From the human T2T-CHM13v2.0 reference genome, Homo sapiens, in assembly GCF_009914755.1 (NCBI RefSeq), contig NC_060942.1: 64,000 bases of DNA; one strand, 5' to 3'. The position numbers and the translations under genes are program-made. Below the pieces are notes generated by a model. That model was not told the DNA's origin. It did no database searches and worked only from the letters and a program-made list of their open reading frames with translations. Shown one piece after another: positions 1-19,389 of the stretch. The stretch's first letter is position 1. Each line of letters starts with the position of its first letter.

Positions 1-19
1 CCCGGGACCCTCTTGGCCC

Positions 20-1330
20 GCGCGGGTGAGGACTGAGGGCGAGGGGCGCGTGGATGAGGGGCGCGCGGGTGAAGAGTGAGGGGAGCGCGGGTGAAGTGTG
101 AGGGGAGCGCGGGTGAAGGGTGAGGGGCGCGCGGGTGAAGAGTGAGGGGAGCGCGGGTGAGGGGTGAGGGGCGCGCGGGTGAGGGGTGAGGGGCGCGCGG
201 GTGAAGAGTGAGGGGCGCGCTGGTGAGGCGTGAGTGATGCGCGAGTGAAGGGTGAGGGGCGCCTGGGTGAGGGGTGAGGGGTGAGGGGCGCGCCGGTGAA
301 GGGTGAGGGGAGCGCGGGTGAAGGGTGAGGGGCGCGCGGGTGAGGGGTGAGGGGCGCGCGGGTGAGGGGTGAGGGGCGCGCGGGTGAGGGGTGAGGGGAG
401 CGCGGGTGAGGGGTGAGGGGAGCGCGGGTGAGGGGTGAGGGGAGCGCGGGTGAGGGGTGAGGGGAGCGCGGGTGAGGGGTGAGGGGCGCGCGGGTGAGGG
501 GTGAGGGGAGCGCGGGTGAGGGGTGAGGGGAGCGCGGGTGAGGGGTGAGGGGAGCGCGGGTGAGGGGTGAGGGGCGCGCGGGTGAGGGGTGAGGGGCGCG
601 CGGGTGAGGGGTGAGGGGAGCGCGGGTGAGGGGTGAGGGGAGCGCGGGTGAGGGGTGAGGGGAGCGCGGGTGAGGGGTGAGGGGAGCGCGGGTGAGGGGT
701 GAGGGGAGCGCGGGTGAGGGGTGAGGGGAGCGCGGGTGAGGGGTGAGGGGAGCGCGGGTGAGGGGTGAGGGGAGCGCGGGTGAGGGGTGAGGGGCGCGCG
801 GGTGAGGGGTGAGGGGAGCGCGGGTGAGGGGTGAGGGGAGCGCGGGTGAGGGGTGAGGGGAGCGCGGGTGAGGGGTGAGGGGCGCGCGGGTGAGGGGTGA
901 GGGGCGCGCGGGTGAGGGGTGAGGGGAGCGCGGGTGAGGGGTGAGGGGAGCGCGGGTGAGGGGTGAGGGGAGCGCGGGTGAGGGGTGAGGGGAGCGCGGG
1001 TGAGGGGTGAGGGGAGCGCGGGTGAGGGGTGAGGGGAGCGCGGGTGAGGGGTGAGGGGAGCGCGGGTGAGGGGTGAGGGGCGCGCGGGTGAAGTGTGAGG
1101 GGCGCGCGGGTGAAGAGTGAGGGGAGCGTGGGTGAGGGGTGAGGGGCGCGCCGGTGAAGGGTGAGGGGAGCGTGGGTGAGGGGTGAGGCGTGAGTGATGC
1201 GCGAGTGAAGGGTGAGGGGCGCCTGGGTGAGGGGTGAAGGGTGCGCGAGTGATGGGCGGGTGTGTGTAGGGTGAGGGGCGGGCGGGTGAAGTGTGAGGGA
1301 CGCGTGGGTGAGGGGCGCGGGGGTGTGAGG
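20..1330 (+). repeat. G-rich VNTR with a 22-bp unit (GGGTGAGGGGTGAGGGG[A/C]GCGC), roughly 50 copies with degenerate flanks
   Basis: The 22-nt period is directly visible (AGCGC at 421 and 443). Two unit variants are interspersed. Confidence 0.95.
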
Positions 1331-2129
1331 CGAGGGGTGCACGGGTAAGGGGCGAGCCGCAAGGTTGAGGGGTCCACGCTGAGGGTTGCTTCCCCGCCAG
1401 CCGCGGCCTCTTCTCCACGATCCCGGCCCCCTGCCCCCTGCCCGACTGGTTTTATGGGGGATCATAAGGACAGTCACCACCTAACTAGGAGCAAATCCCC
1501 AACAATCGAGGAAACAGGGCGCTCCTGCCTTGCGCCCCCAGGCTGGCGTTGGGACTTCTTTAGAGCCAGCGCTGCGGAGCCCCAGCACCAGGAACGTAGA
1601 GGTGAGTAAAAGGCACAGCAGGAAGCCTGGGAGAGAAAAAGCAGCTGCCCCTGCTCAGCCGCGCCCTAGCCTGAGCCCAGCAGCCTTTGGGATCATCTGT
1701 CCTCTCTGCCCTGGAGGTTGGAGTAAGCTCCGGACCTCCTTGACCCTCACGGGAGCACTGGGGTCCCAGACGCTATCCTCGCTTATCTTAAATCCAGAGG
1801 CTGTGGAGGCGTGGGGCAAATTGTGCCCGCAGCCTGGGGCCTAGAGCTGCATCTGTGCACGGGGCCTCCAGGAGCCCGGCTCAGTGGACGAAATCTGGCA
1901 TGCTCGGACGTCACCCCACAGGCCTCACGCCTCAGAGGCACCCCGAAAGGTGAGTTGATGACTGCAGAGTGAGTTTGTACCTTTTCGAACACCACCTGCC
2001 GGGGGTCCGAGCCCCCACCCCCAGTCTACATCAGCCAATCACAGCTCATTGCAGGTGCTGCGCTTGTCACATAGCTTCCTGCAAACAAGAGAAGCCGACC
2101 AAGCCATGCACAGCTGGAAAATGGCCCTT

Positions 2130-2990
<861 letters not shown>

Positions 2991-3689
2991 AGTGACTGAC
3001 AAGATCAGAGCTGTGACACAGAGGAAGCAGAGCTGTGCCTCATGCTTTCCAGGCTCTGCTCATGAGAAACAGGTCACTGGGTTGGCCCGGTGCAGATTAA
3101 GGTGTCACGTAGGAGCATGAATACCTCAGGGAACCACTTAAGAATTTGCCTAACACATGGTGCTTATAAAAGGAAAAGCAAACAAAGCAACCTTGTTCTG
3201 AGAGCTGGGACATCAGAGGAAGATTGGAGCCACTGTTTCTCACTCAGCCTATTTCTTTTTATTTTATTTATTTATTTTATAGAGACGGGGAGCTCACTAT
3301 GTTGGCCAGTTTGGTCTTTGAACTCCTGGCTTCAAAGGATCCTCTCACCTAGGCCTCCCAAAGTGCTGGGATTACAGGAGTGAGCCACCTTGCTGGTCGC
3401 GCACCCCATTTTTTAAGGAAACCTGTACGGAAGGTGGATTGGAAGTCTCACTTTAGGAGCCTGGCTCAGAAGTTCCGCAACTTCAACTGGTGTCATGTGA
3501 CGTGCTTGGCAGTCACCACCCCCATCCTTACAGCAAAGAATAGCAGGGCAGCCTTTCATGGGCCCATCAGAGAACTAAGGCTGCCAGACAAACTGGCACC
3601 CTGCTCTGAAGAGACAGGCACATCCAGGGAGAGACAGCACCTGAGAGCTGCTCACCCAGAGCAGAAACTCCTGGATAAACTGGCTTTAG

Positions 3690-6916
<3,227 letters not shown>

Positions 6917-7483
6917 AACCTCGTTATTCTTAATTGATCTAAAGACAACTGTTAAAAGCCATAAAGTAACAATGTACTGGGTGATTACAGCTTGTGGACA
7001 AAATGTCACAAGGGACAGTGGGAGGAGCTGGGACTTTTCTGATGTAAAATACTTCCATTGTGCTGCCCTCCCTACCACGGGTCTAAAGCTATATTCCACA
7101 GCTTAAGCCACTTGGTCACACACTGAAACCCCTGGGCAGCTTTAAAACCACAAATGCTCAAGTGCCCGGGCCCACCCGCAGAGCACCGATAAAGGGGACT
7201 GTGCCAGTCAGGGTAGCCTTCTAAGCCTTCCCCAGAAGTTCTGATGTGCAGCCATATTTGAGAGCCACTGTTTTAAAATTCACACCTACAAAAGCTGCAT
7301 GGTACAGGAGGTCCTCATTACCCACAATCATGACTTCTTGGAAAGACCACTTACTCAAACAGGACCAGAATTGCATAGTAAATAATTCATGGGATTAGAA
7401 AATAGTTGGTTGATATTGCATTAACAATGAAAATTAAACTTATGAAAATATTGCAATTATTTTAGAATAAGTAAAACAGAGCG

Positions 7484-7777
7484 GGCCAGGTGCGGTGGCT
7501 CACTCCTATAATCCCAAGACTTTGGGAGGCTCAGGTGGGTGGATCCCTTGAGCTCAGGAGTTCAAGACCAGCCTGGTCAACATAGTGAGACCCCCCATCT
7601 CTACTAAAAATACAAAAATTAGTGGGGTACATTGGTGTGCATCTGTAGTCCCAGCTACTCAGGGGTCTGAGGTGGGAGGATCACCTGAGCCCAGGAGGTC
7701 AAGGCTGCAGTGAGTCGTAATTCTGCCATTGTACTCCAGCCTGGGCAACAGAGCAAGACCCTGTCTCAAAAAAAGAA
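7484..7777 (+). mobile_element. Alu (J/S-type)
   Basis: ggccaggtgcggtggctcac...cctgtctcaaaaaaa. Confidence 0.9.
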
Positions 7778-8689
7778 AGGAGCAACAGTCTCTACTCAGA
7801 TCTGTATACCCAAATCTATACCCAAAAGAACTGCTTTTATATAATTTTTAAATAAAACTTTTCAAACACAAAAGAGCGTAACATAATGAAAGGCATGTAT
7901 CCATCAACCAGCATCAATAATTATAAAATCGCTCTTTTAATGAGTATAAAATAAGAACTGAACTTAACGTTTAATTGGCAGCGTTTCTCCATTTCTGATA
8001 ATAACAGTGCACCCTAAAATCAGCAGCGTCTTAGATTTAGGGCCTCAGAAACAAGGCCACCCACACTGGATCCGAGGGGCAACTGGGCACCTCCATGGAC
8101 ACCCATGCTTCATAAAGACAGCTGCACCCTACACTGGGTTGGACTGGGACGTTTTCAGCTATCCAAAATAAAACGTTGGTTTTCTAATTTAAAGCTTTGT
8201 TTCATGTCTACATTCTGCTCTTGTAGTCTGCATCTTCGCTCACGTAATTAGCTATTTCAGTCTTACCCAGACTGTTTTCTTCCCAATTGTCTGTCCTCAC
8301 ACCAGGGAAAGACTGGCTAATTTCTGTAACTTCAGAATACACATTAATATTCTTTAATATTTAGATTCCCATGGTCAATTATTCATCCTGGGCTAGTACT
8401 CGGCAGTTTCTCTTTTGTCAGTTCATGCGCCACCCAGGCAGCATATGCTGAGGAAGGCACAATTTCTACATTTATCCTAAGCCAAACATGAGCAGGAAAA
8501 CTGAGAGCTATTCTAAACATAATTTTATCGGGTCAAAAAGAAACAACTGCTAGGCCGATCTGGCCGATGACTCCTCCAGTAGCTGTGAAATCGAGAATGC
8601 ACATCATTTTCTTGCTGTGTTCCTAAGGTAGAGGAGACCACTTTGAAGACCCGCAGTCCATATTGGCATTGTAGAATTTGAGCAGAGGG

Positions 8690-9587
8690 CCATTTTGTTC
8701 TGTACTAAGAAAAATTCTTCTGCCTTGAGATGCTGCTAATCTGTAACCCTACCCCCAACCCTGTGCTCCCTGAAACACGTGCTGTGTCAACTCAGGGTTA
8801 AATGGATTAAGGGCTGTGCAGGATGTGCTTTGTTAAACAAATGCTTGAAGGCAGCATGCTCGTTAAGAGTCATCACCACTCCCTAACCTCAAACCACTCC
8901 CTAATCTCAAGTACTCAGAGACACAAAACACTGCGGAAGGCTGCAGGGACCTCTGCCTGGGAAAGCCAGGTATTGTCCAAGGTTTCTCCCCATGTGATAG
9001 TCTGAAATATGGCCTCATGGGAAGGGAAAGACCTGACCGTCCCCCAGCCCGACACCCGTAAAGGGTCTTTGCTGAGAGGATTAGTAAAAGAGGAAAGAAC
9101 GCCTCTTTGAGGTTGAGATAAGAGGAAGGCTTCTGTCTCCTGCTCGTCCCTGGGCAATGAAATGTCTCGGTGTAAAGCCAATTGTATATTCCATCTACTG
9201 AGATAGGGGAAAACCGCCTTAGGGATGGAGGTGGGACATGCTGGCAGCAATACTGCTCCTTAAGGCATTGAGATATTCGTGTATATGCACATCAAAAGCA
9301 CAGCACTTTTTTCTTTACGTTGTTTATGATGCAGAGACATTTGTTCACGTTTTTACCTTCTGACCTTCTCTCCACTATTATCCTATTATCCTGCTGCCAC
9401 GCCCGATAATGATCAATAAATACTAAGGGAACTCAGAGGCCGGTGCCAGTGTGGATCCGTATGCTGAACGCCGGTCCCCTGGGCCCCCTTTTTGTTTCTT
9501 TATACTTTGTGTCTCTTTCTTTTCCAAGTCTCTCGTTCCACCTAACAAGAAACATCCACAGGTGTGGAGGGGCAACCCACCCCTTCA
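8690..9587 (+). mobile_element. HERV-K(HML-2) LTR5-type solo LTR, 5'-truncated
   Basis: Matches LTR5 text 'ccattttgttctgtactaagaaaaattcttctgccttgag' through 'ggtgtggaggggcaacccaccccttca'. AATAAA at ~9415. The canonical TGTGGGGAAAAG start is absent. Confidence 0.9.
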
Positions 9588-9641
9588 CTGTGTTGTCTCC
9601 ATCAGATCCAGCTGAAGAGCTTTGCTCGAAAGCCAGTCCTT

Positions 9642-9965
<324 letters not shown>

Positions 9966-11249
9966 CTATGTCGGTGAGGCCTGAGGCTGCTGTGTGCGGC
10001 GATGCTGGGTGGTCCTACTCGGGCTGCCCAAGAAGCCTGACCTGAAAAAGCAGCCAGGGCTGGAGGGACGGCCCAATATGAGCCTGGCCGATGCCGGCTG
10101 GAGAGGAGAGAGGCGTTCCCAGGTCAGAGGCAGGCTCGTCTCGTCTTCTGCAGGGCCAGTTCCAGGCTCGTGTGGGCCAGTGGGGCTCCCTGCTCGTTTA
10201 GCTGTCTGTGGTTAGGAACGCATAGCCCATGAGGACAGGGTGCCCAGCTTGAACCTGCACCCAGAGTCAGCCAGTCAACATCTGAAGATAACGGGTTCCA
10301 CAGGGTGCCCACAAGCTCTCCAAAGTCCCAACGCCAGTCTGCCTTCACGGCTGTCCGAAGTGCTTTATCACTGGTGAGCTCAGTGCTGTCAAGAGCTCTG
10401 TGGCCCCTGCTCCGCCTGAGTAAGGGAGGAGCGGCAGCCAGGGAGCAGCCCCGCCCTGGAGACACCGAAAGCCCTTGGGTCTGCGCCTGCCCCCACCACG
10501 AGGGAGCCGTCCCCTGAAGCCATGAGCTTGATGCTGGGCTGTCCCTGGAGTAAAGCTTCCGGGAACTCCGTGCCTGCAGAGTAAGGGAAGAGGGGACGTT
10601 CTAGAACTTTCTGGAAGGGAGGAAGGAGGGCAGTCTGACTGGCTCCCTGCTCATTTAGCTGTCTGTGGTTAGGAAAGCTGCCTGTGGGCTGATGAGGAAC
10701 CCTGTCGTGGCCCTGCCGTGGGGCACCACTGCCCATCTCCTCCCGCCTCCAGAGATGAGCGCCCTCTGAAGAGCTTGGAGGGCTGACGCCAGCCCGCTGT
10801 GTCTGCCTCCTCTCTACAGGCGTAATTTCCTTTTCCCCTAAGTTAGCTTGAGTGACTTCTGGTTCTTGACACTGAGGTGTGTTTCTGATGGAAACACCAC
10901 CGGCTTGTACTCCTTGCCCCCCACGCCAGGCAGGCTTTCCTGGGTGCAGGCCGTCCACCCTGTACTGTGGCATCTTCTGGCCCTGCCTCCTCCTCCTCAG
11001 CAGCCACCCACACTGGCTTTCCCGAGAAGCCAGAAGCCGCCCGGCAGGATTCCTTAGGCCTGAATGGTCCTGGGAGTGGGCCGGGAGCCACAGCACAGCA
11101 GCCACTTTCCACCCACACCGCGTCTTTCTCAGCCGTCCACACTGGCCCCTACAACTAAGTTTGTATCTCAGCCTCTCTCAGAGACAGAAAAAAAGAGGAG
11201 GATGCTAAAAGCACACAAAAAGTGGCAAAATGGCCATGCTTTTAAAAAA

Positions 11250-11960
11250 TAATTTTAACAGCTTCATTGAAATGTAATTCACATACCACAAAACCCACCC
11301 ATTTAAAGGGCATAATTCAACAGTTTTGAGTATATTTACAGGGTTGTGAAACCTTCTTACGATCTAATTTTAGAACATTTTTGTCCCCCCACAAAGAAAC
11401 CCCAGACCTCCTAAATCTCTCCGCACTCTCCCTCGTCCCTGCAGCCCCCAGCAACAGAAGTCAACTTTCTGTCTCCGTGGCCTTGCCTGTTCCAACTCTC
11501 CATGGACTTACCACTCAGGGTCTTCACGCCTGGCCTCTGCCACCCAGCGTTGTTCCGGAGGCCCGCCTGCTTCGTAGCGTGCGTCAGCGCCTCACTCCTT
11601 TGTGTGGCTGAGGAATATTCTATCATCTGCATTTTGTCACCTACTTATTGGGGGTGGACATTTGGGTGGTTTCCACCTTTTGAGCATTACTGATGCTGCA
11701 GTAGACTTGGTGCACTCGCGCTGTCGTTTCGGTATATGCCTAGGGGTGGCGCGGCTGGGCCCTGTGGAAACTGCTTCACTTCTGAGGACCCACCCGACTT
11801 TTTCACAGCACTGCAGCCTTTCACAGCCCACCGGCTGCGTGGGGGGGGCCACAATCCCCACACGCCTCTCGGACTTACGTTTGTCTCTCTGATTCTAGCC
11901 ATGCTGGTGGGTTGCAGTGGGAGCTCATTGTGGTTTTGGTTTGTGTTTTCCTGATGACTG
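11250..11960 (-). mobile_element. Old L1M 3' fragment
   Basis: Antisense L1M motifs 'taattcacataccacaaaacccacccatttaaag' and 'ctcattgtggttttggtttgtgttttcctgatgact'. Confidence 0.7.
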
Positions 11961-13259
11961 GTTGTAATGAGAAAAACCGAGAATCACATTTAAAACCTTA
12001 CCCTAAAGTGGGAGTTGCTGAGAGACCAAAGAATGACTGGGCGGAGTCCAGCTTGGTGAGTAGGTGAGTTTATTAGGACTCACATGTGGGGCACTCGTGG
12101 GCAGCAGGACAACTCTAGAGATGAGCGTGCTTCTGTCCCTAAGCTGCTTTTGAGCTAATTTTCTGCCTCTTTGCGCCGTCTGTGTGATGGGCCTGCTCCC
12201 TGTGGTGGTTCTCACATCCCCTCCGGGCTGTTTGGGTTCTCAGGGACACCTGCTCCTCGCTGGGCACCGTGGCCTGGACTCACCGCCTGGCCTTTAGGGT
12301 TCAGGCCACAGACATCCGCCCTGAAGTAACCTGGCGGGAACCGCCACGCCACAGCGGTGGTGCTGGGTGGCTGTGTTTTATTTATCCGCACATGGAGACA
12401 CCAGAGCTTCCAGGTGTGGTCACTGGGCTGTGCCCTAGGGATGCTGGGGTGACCAGACATAGCCCTGTTCCCACAGCGCTGCACAGGGGCACAGACATGG
12501 CAACAAGACTGGTAACCCTAAAACACCGTCCTGGGAGGTCACCCACAAGGTGACGAGCCACAACCCAGGTGTGAAAGAGGCCAGGGAAGGCCCGGCGTGG
12601 TGGCCCAGGCCTGCGGTCCCAGCACTTTGGGAGGCCGAGGCAGGAGGATCACTTGTGCCCAGGAATTCGAGACCAGCCTGGGCAACATAGTAAGATCCCG
12701 TCTCTACAAAAAATAAAAAAGATCAGCCGGACCTGGTGGCGCGCGCCCGTGGTCCCAGCTACTGGCCAGGCCGAGGCAGGAGGATCGCTTGGGCCCGGGA
12801 AGTCGAGGCTGCGGGGAGCCATAGTCGCCACTGCACCCCAGCCTGGGCCACAGAGCGAGCCCCCGTCTCTGAGAAACGCAGCAGGGGTGACCGAGGCCCA
12901 TGCACTGCCCGTGCGGAGCGTTTTGGGGGTGTAGGTGGCCGGTGGCGCCCACGGGCCCTCTTGAGTAAGGCGGCTCCGCCCAGGCCGTCCCGGGGCCTCG
13001 GCTCGGCTCGGCTCGGGAAGCCGCAGAGCCTGGGGGCGCGGACCAGTCCTCCGAGGCGGCCGCTCGGTGACATTGCGTCCCTGCAGGTGCAGCGCCCGCC
13101 TCTCCGCTCCGGCCCCGCCTCCGCCCTGGAACGCAGCGCGCTCCGCCCGAGGCCTCCCGGAGGCCCATACGGGAATCGCGGAGCTTAGCTGTCGCCACCT
13201 CGCGCCGGGTCCGCGCGGCCCACGGGACCCCCCACTGACGCCCCCGGCCAGCGGTCCAC

Positions 13260-13310
13260 ATGGACGTGCGGGGCCCTGAAGCCCCCGGCGGGCGCGCGCT
13301 GCGGGACGCG
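13260..13310 (+). CDS. HSBP1L1: HSBP1L1 coding exon 1 (MDVRGPEAPGGRALRDA)
   Basis: ATG at 13260, 17 codons, then donor GCG|GTGAGC. Joins exon 2 in frame to give the recognised HSBP1L1 sequence. Confidence 0.93.
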
Positions 13311-13349
13311 GTGAGCCCCTCCCCGACTCCTGCTTCTCTCTGGATGGGG

Positions 13350-13660
13350 GCGCCCCTGCGGTTCTGGGGGGTTTTGAGGTCCTGGGGGGGGAGCCTGCGG
13401 TGCTGGGGGTGCCCTGCGGTCTTCGTGGGGCCCTGAGGTCCTGGGGGGCCTGCGATCCTGAGGACTCCTGTGGTCCTGAGGAGTCCTGAGTGCCTGGGAG
13501 GCCTGTGGTCCTGGGGGGGCCCCTGAAGACCTGGGGGACCCTGCGGTCCTGGGGGGGCCTGAGGTGCAGGGGGGAGCCCTGCTGTCCTGGGGGACCCTGC
13601 GATCCTCGGGGGGCCTGAGGTCCTGGGGGGAGCCCTGCAGTACTGGGGGGCATTGAGGTC
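13350..13660 (+). repeat. Degenerate ~20-bp G-run minisatellite (CCCTG[CA]GGTCCTGGGGGGG) in HSBP1L1 intron 1
   Basis: About 15 imperfect tandem copies are visible. Confidence 0.85.
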
Positions 13661-14399
13661 GGGGTCAGTGGGGAAACAACTGGGCCAAAGGGTGCCCGAA
13701 AGGGGACCCACGAGTGTCGCAGCGCCCAGGGCTCCGGCCTCTTCCGGGAAATCCTCCCGCTCCCCAGGCCTTCCTACTTGCCAAAGAGTTCCAGGCCCAC
13801 AAGAGGACTGGCTATGAGGAAGAGACCTGGAATCTGAAGGAATGTGTTGGGCGTTGTGCAAACCCTAACGTAAATTTCCTGACAAAGGTAGAAAGCCCTG
13901 GCATGGTTCAGAGGTGGGGCCTCCTCCTATGTCGACGGGATTCTAGATTCACACCATGGTACGTGGGGCTCCCTGGGATCTTGAACCCCCAGCTGGGAGA
14001 ATTTTGTGCTTCTCAGCCTCACTGTTCTCATCTCACCCTGGACACGGTCGCAGGGTGAGGAGTAGATTACACCGTGAATGGTGTGGGACGTCAGTCTGTA
14101 AACTACAAAGCAGTATATAAACAGGAAACGCTTTCAGTAGCAATGGTGGTATTTCTGTGTGACCTGGTAAGTAATTTCATAAGAATTCTTGAGGAGCGCA
14201 GGGTCACGAGATTTTCTCCTGCATCCTCCTCTGCATGCTTTATGGCCTTGGCTCTGGGCCAAGGTGTGTGATCTCCTGCATTCATGGTGTGTGGTGTGAG
14301 GAGGGGGATGGGTCCCTGCCCCGTCTGCACGTGGCCCTCATGATTCCCGCGCTGCTTGTTGAAAAGACTTTCCTTTCCCTCTGAATCCAAAGGCCTTAG

Positions 14400-14754
<355 letters not shown>

Positions 14755-14757
14755 TTA

Positions 14758-15080
<323 letters not shown>

Positions 15081-15098
15081 CTCATATGCCAACAGTAA

Positions 15099-18228
<3,130 letters not shown>

Positions 18229-18926
18229 TTAAAGCAGTATGTCAGTGGCCCCATACTCTGTAGCCTTCTGCCCCTTGCTTTTTTGTTCAGTACTGAGATT
18301 CATGTCGACACGTGTCGCTCTAGGTCAGTCGCCAACTGCTGCCTGATAGTCCTCTGATGATTTACTTTATATTTGACTAATATTGTTTCCAAACAATGCT
18401 GCACTATTCTTGTCTACTTCTTTGTGTACACGTTGCCAGTTTCTCTAGGGGACTTGGTTATTCTGTACCTAGGGGCTTGTCACCTGCATTAGCTGCCACA
18501 AGTAATTTCTGGACTTTGCCTAGAAGCCATCCTGGGGAGATGGGAAATAGAATTCACTAGGTACCCAGAGAGCCACTAGTATATCCAACTTGATTAAAGC
18601 ACCACAGTGCCACAGACGAGGCAAGGCTTGGCAGCCATGCAGGCCTAGGTTTCAAATTCTTATCCTCTGTTGCTGGCTGTAACCTGGGGAAATCTAAGCT
18701 TTAGTTTTCTTCTCTGCCGAATATCTACCTGGTAAGTGGTTGTAAGGATTTAAGAAAATTGCTTGCAAAGCACTTAAGTCAGGGCAAGGTAGACAGCAGG
18801 TACATAATGAGATAAACTTGAAATACAGAGTCCAAATCATTATGATTTCAACTGTACTGCAGCCACAAAGCACCAGTGAGAACGTTATTAAAATCAGGGG
18901 TGAACATACTTAATACACCTGATAGG

Positions 18927-19289
18927 AGTTACGGCCTGAACGTTTATGTCTCCCTAAATAGCTGAAGACCTAACTGCAGCATGTCTGTATTTGGAGATGG
19001 GGCCTCTACAGAAGTCATTAAGGTTACATCGGTCCTGAGGGTGGGGCCCTCATCCAACAGGATTCGTCTTTCTGAGAAGAGACGCAAGGGGCTCGCCTGC
19101 TCTCCCCCCGTGCCTGCACCGGAGAAGGAGGCCATCGGCAAGCCAAGGAGAGCCCTCCCCAGAAATCACACGGACCAGCACCTTGATCTGGGACTTCCAG
19201 AAAACAGAACTGTGAAAAGACAAGTTTCTGTTGTTTAAACCACCCAATCTGAAGTATTTTGTTATGGCAGTCCTGGGCAGACTAATACA
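18927..19289 (+). mobile_element. MaLR LTR (MLT1A/MST-like) overlapping the HSBP1L1 last exon
   Basis: 'tatttggagatggggcct', 'gggtggggccctcatccaa', 'ccttgatctgggacttccag...actgtga', and the terminal 'actaataca'. Confidence 0.8.
18962..18973 (+). CDS. HSBP1L1: HSBP1L1 coding exon 4 (LKT-stop); 3'UTR extends to ~19340
   Basis: tctccctaaatag|CTG AAG ACC TAA. Gives 74 aa ending ...KEQMLKT, as recalled for HSBP1L1. Confidence 0.85.
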   Translation: MKT

Positions 19290-19306
19290 ATATGCAACAC
19301 ATTTAC

Positions 19307-19323
19307 AATAAATATACAATAAA
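19307..19323 (+). terminator. HSBP1L1: Tandem AATAAA polyadenylation signals of HSBP1L1
   Basis: AATAAA at 19307-19312 and 19318-19323, with GT/T-rich sequence downstream. Confidence 0.8.
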
Positions 19324-19389
19324 CTTACAAATGTGGAATGTAATTGTTTTATCTTTTTCTGGTAACGCCAGTAAAGCTGTTATCCTAAG

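Larger units (their letters stand above)
12560..13760 (+). promoter_or_regulatory. HSBP1L1: CpG island / HSBP1L1 promoter and exon 1, including a GC-rich Alu at ~12590-12872
   Basis: Very high CpG density. GC boxes (CCCCGCC, CTCCGCCC) at ~13096-13150, upstream of the ATG at 13260. Confidence 0.85.

Noticed and set aside
20-1330. Telomere-variant (TGAGGG) array or CRISPR-like repeat
   Set aside because: The unit is 22 bp with no TTAGGG and no unique spacers. It is an ordinary eukaryotic minisatellite.
12649-13861. Long minus-strand ORFs (334 and 385 aa)
   Set aside because: They are open only because of the CpG island, G-run minisatellite and Alu. Low-complexity P/G/R content, antisense to HSBP1L1.
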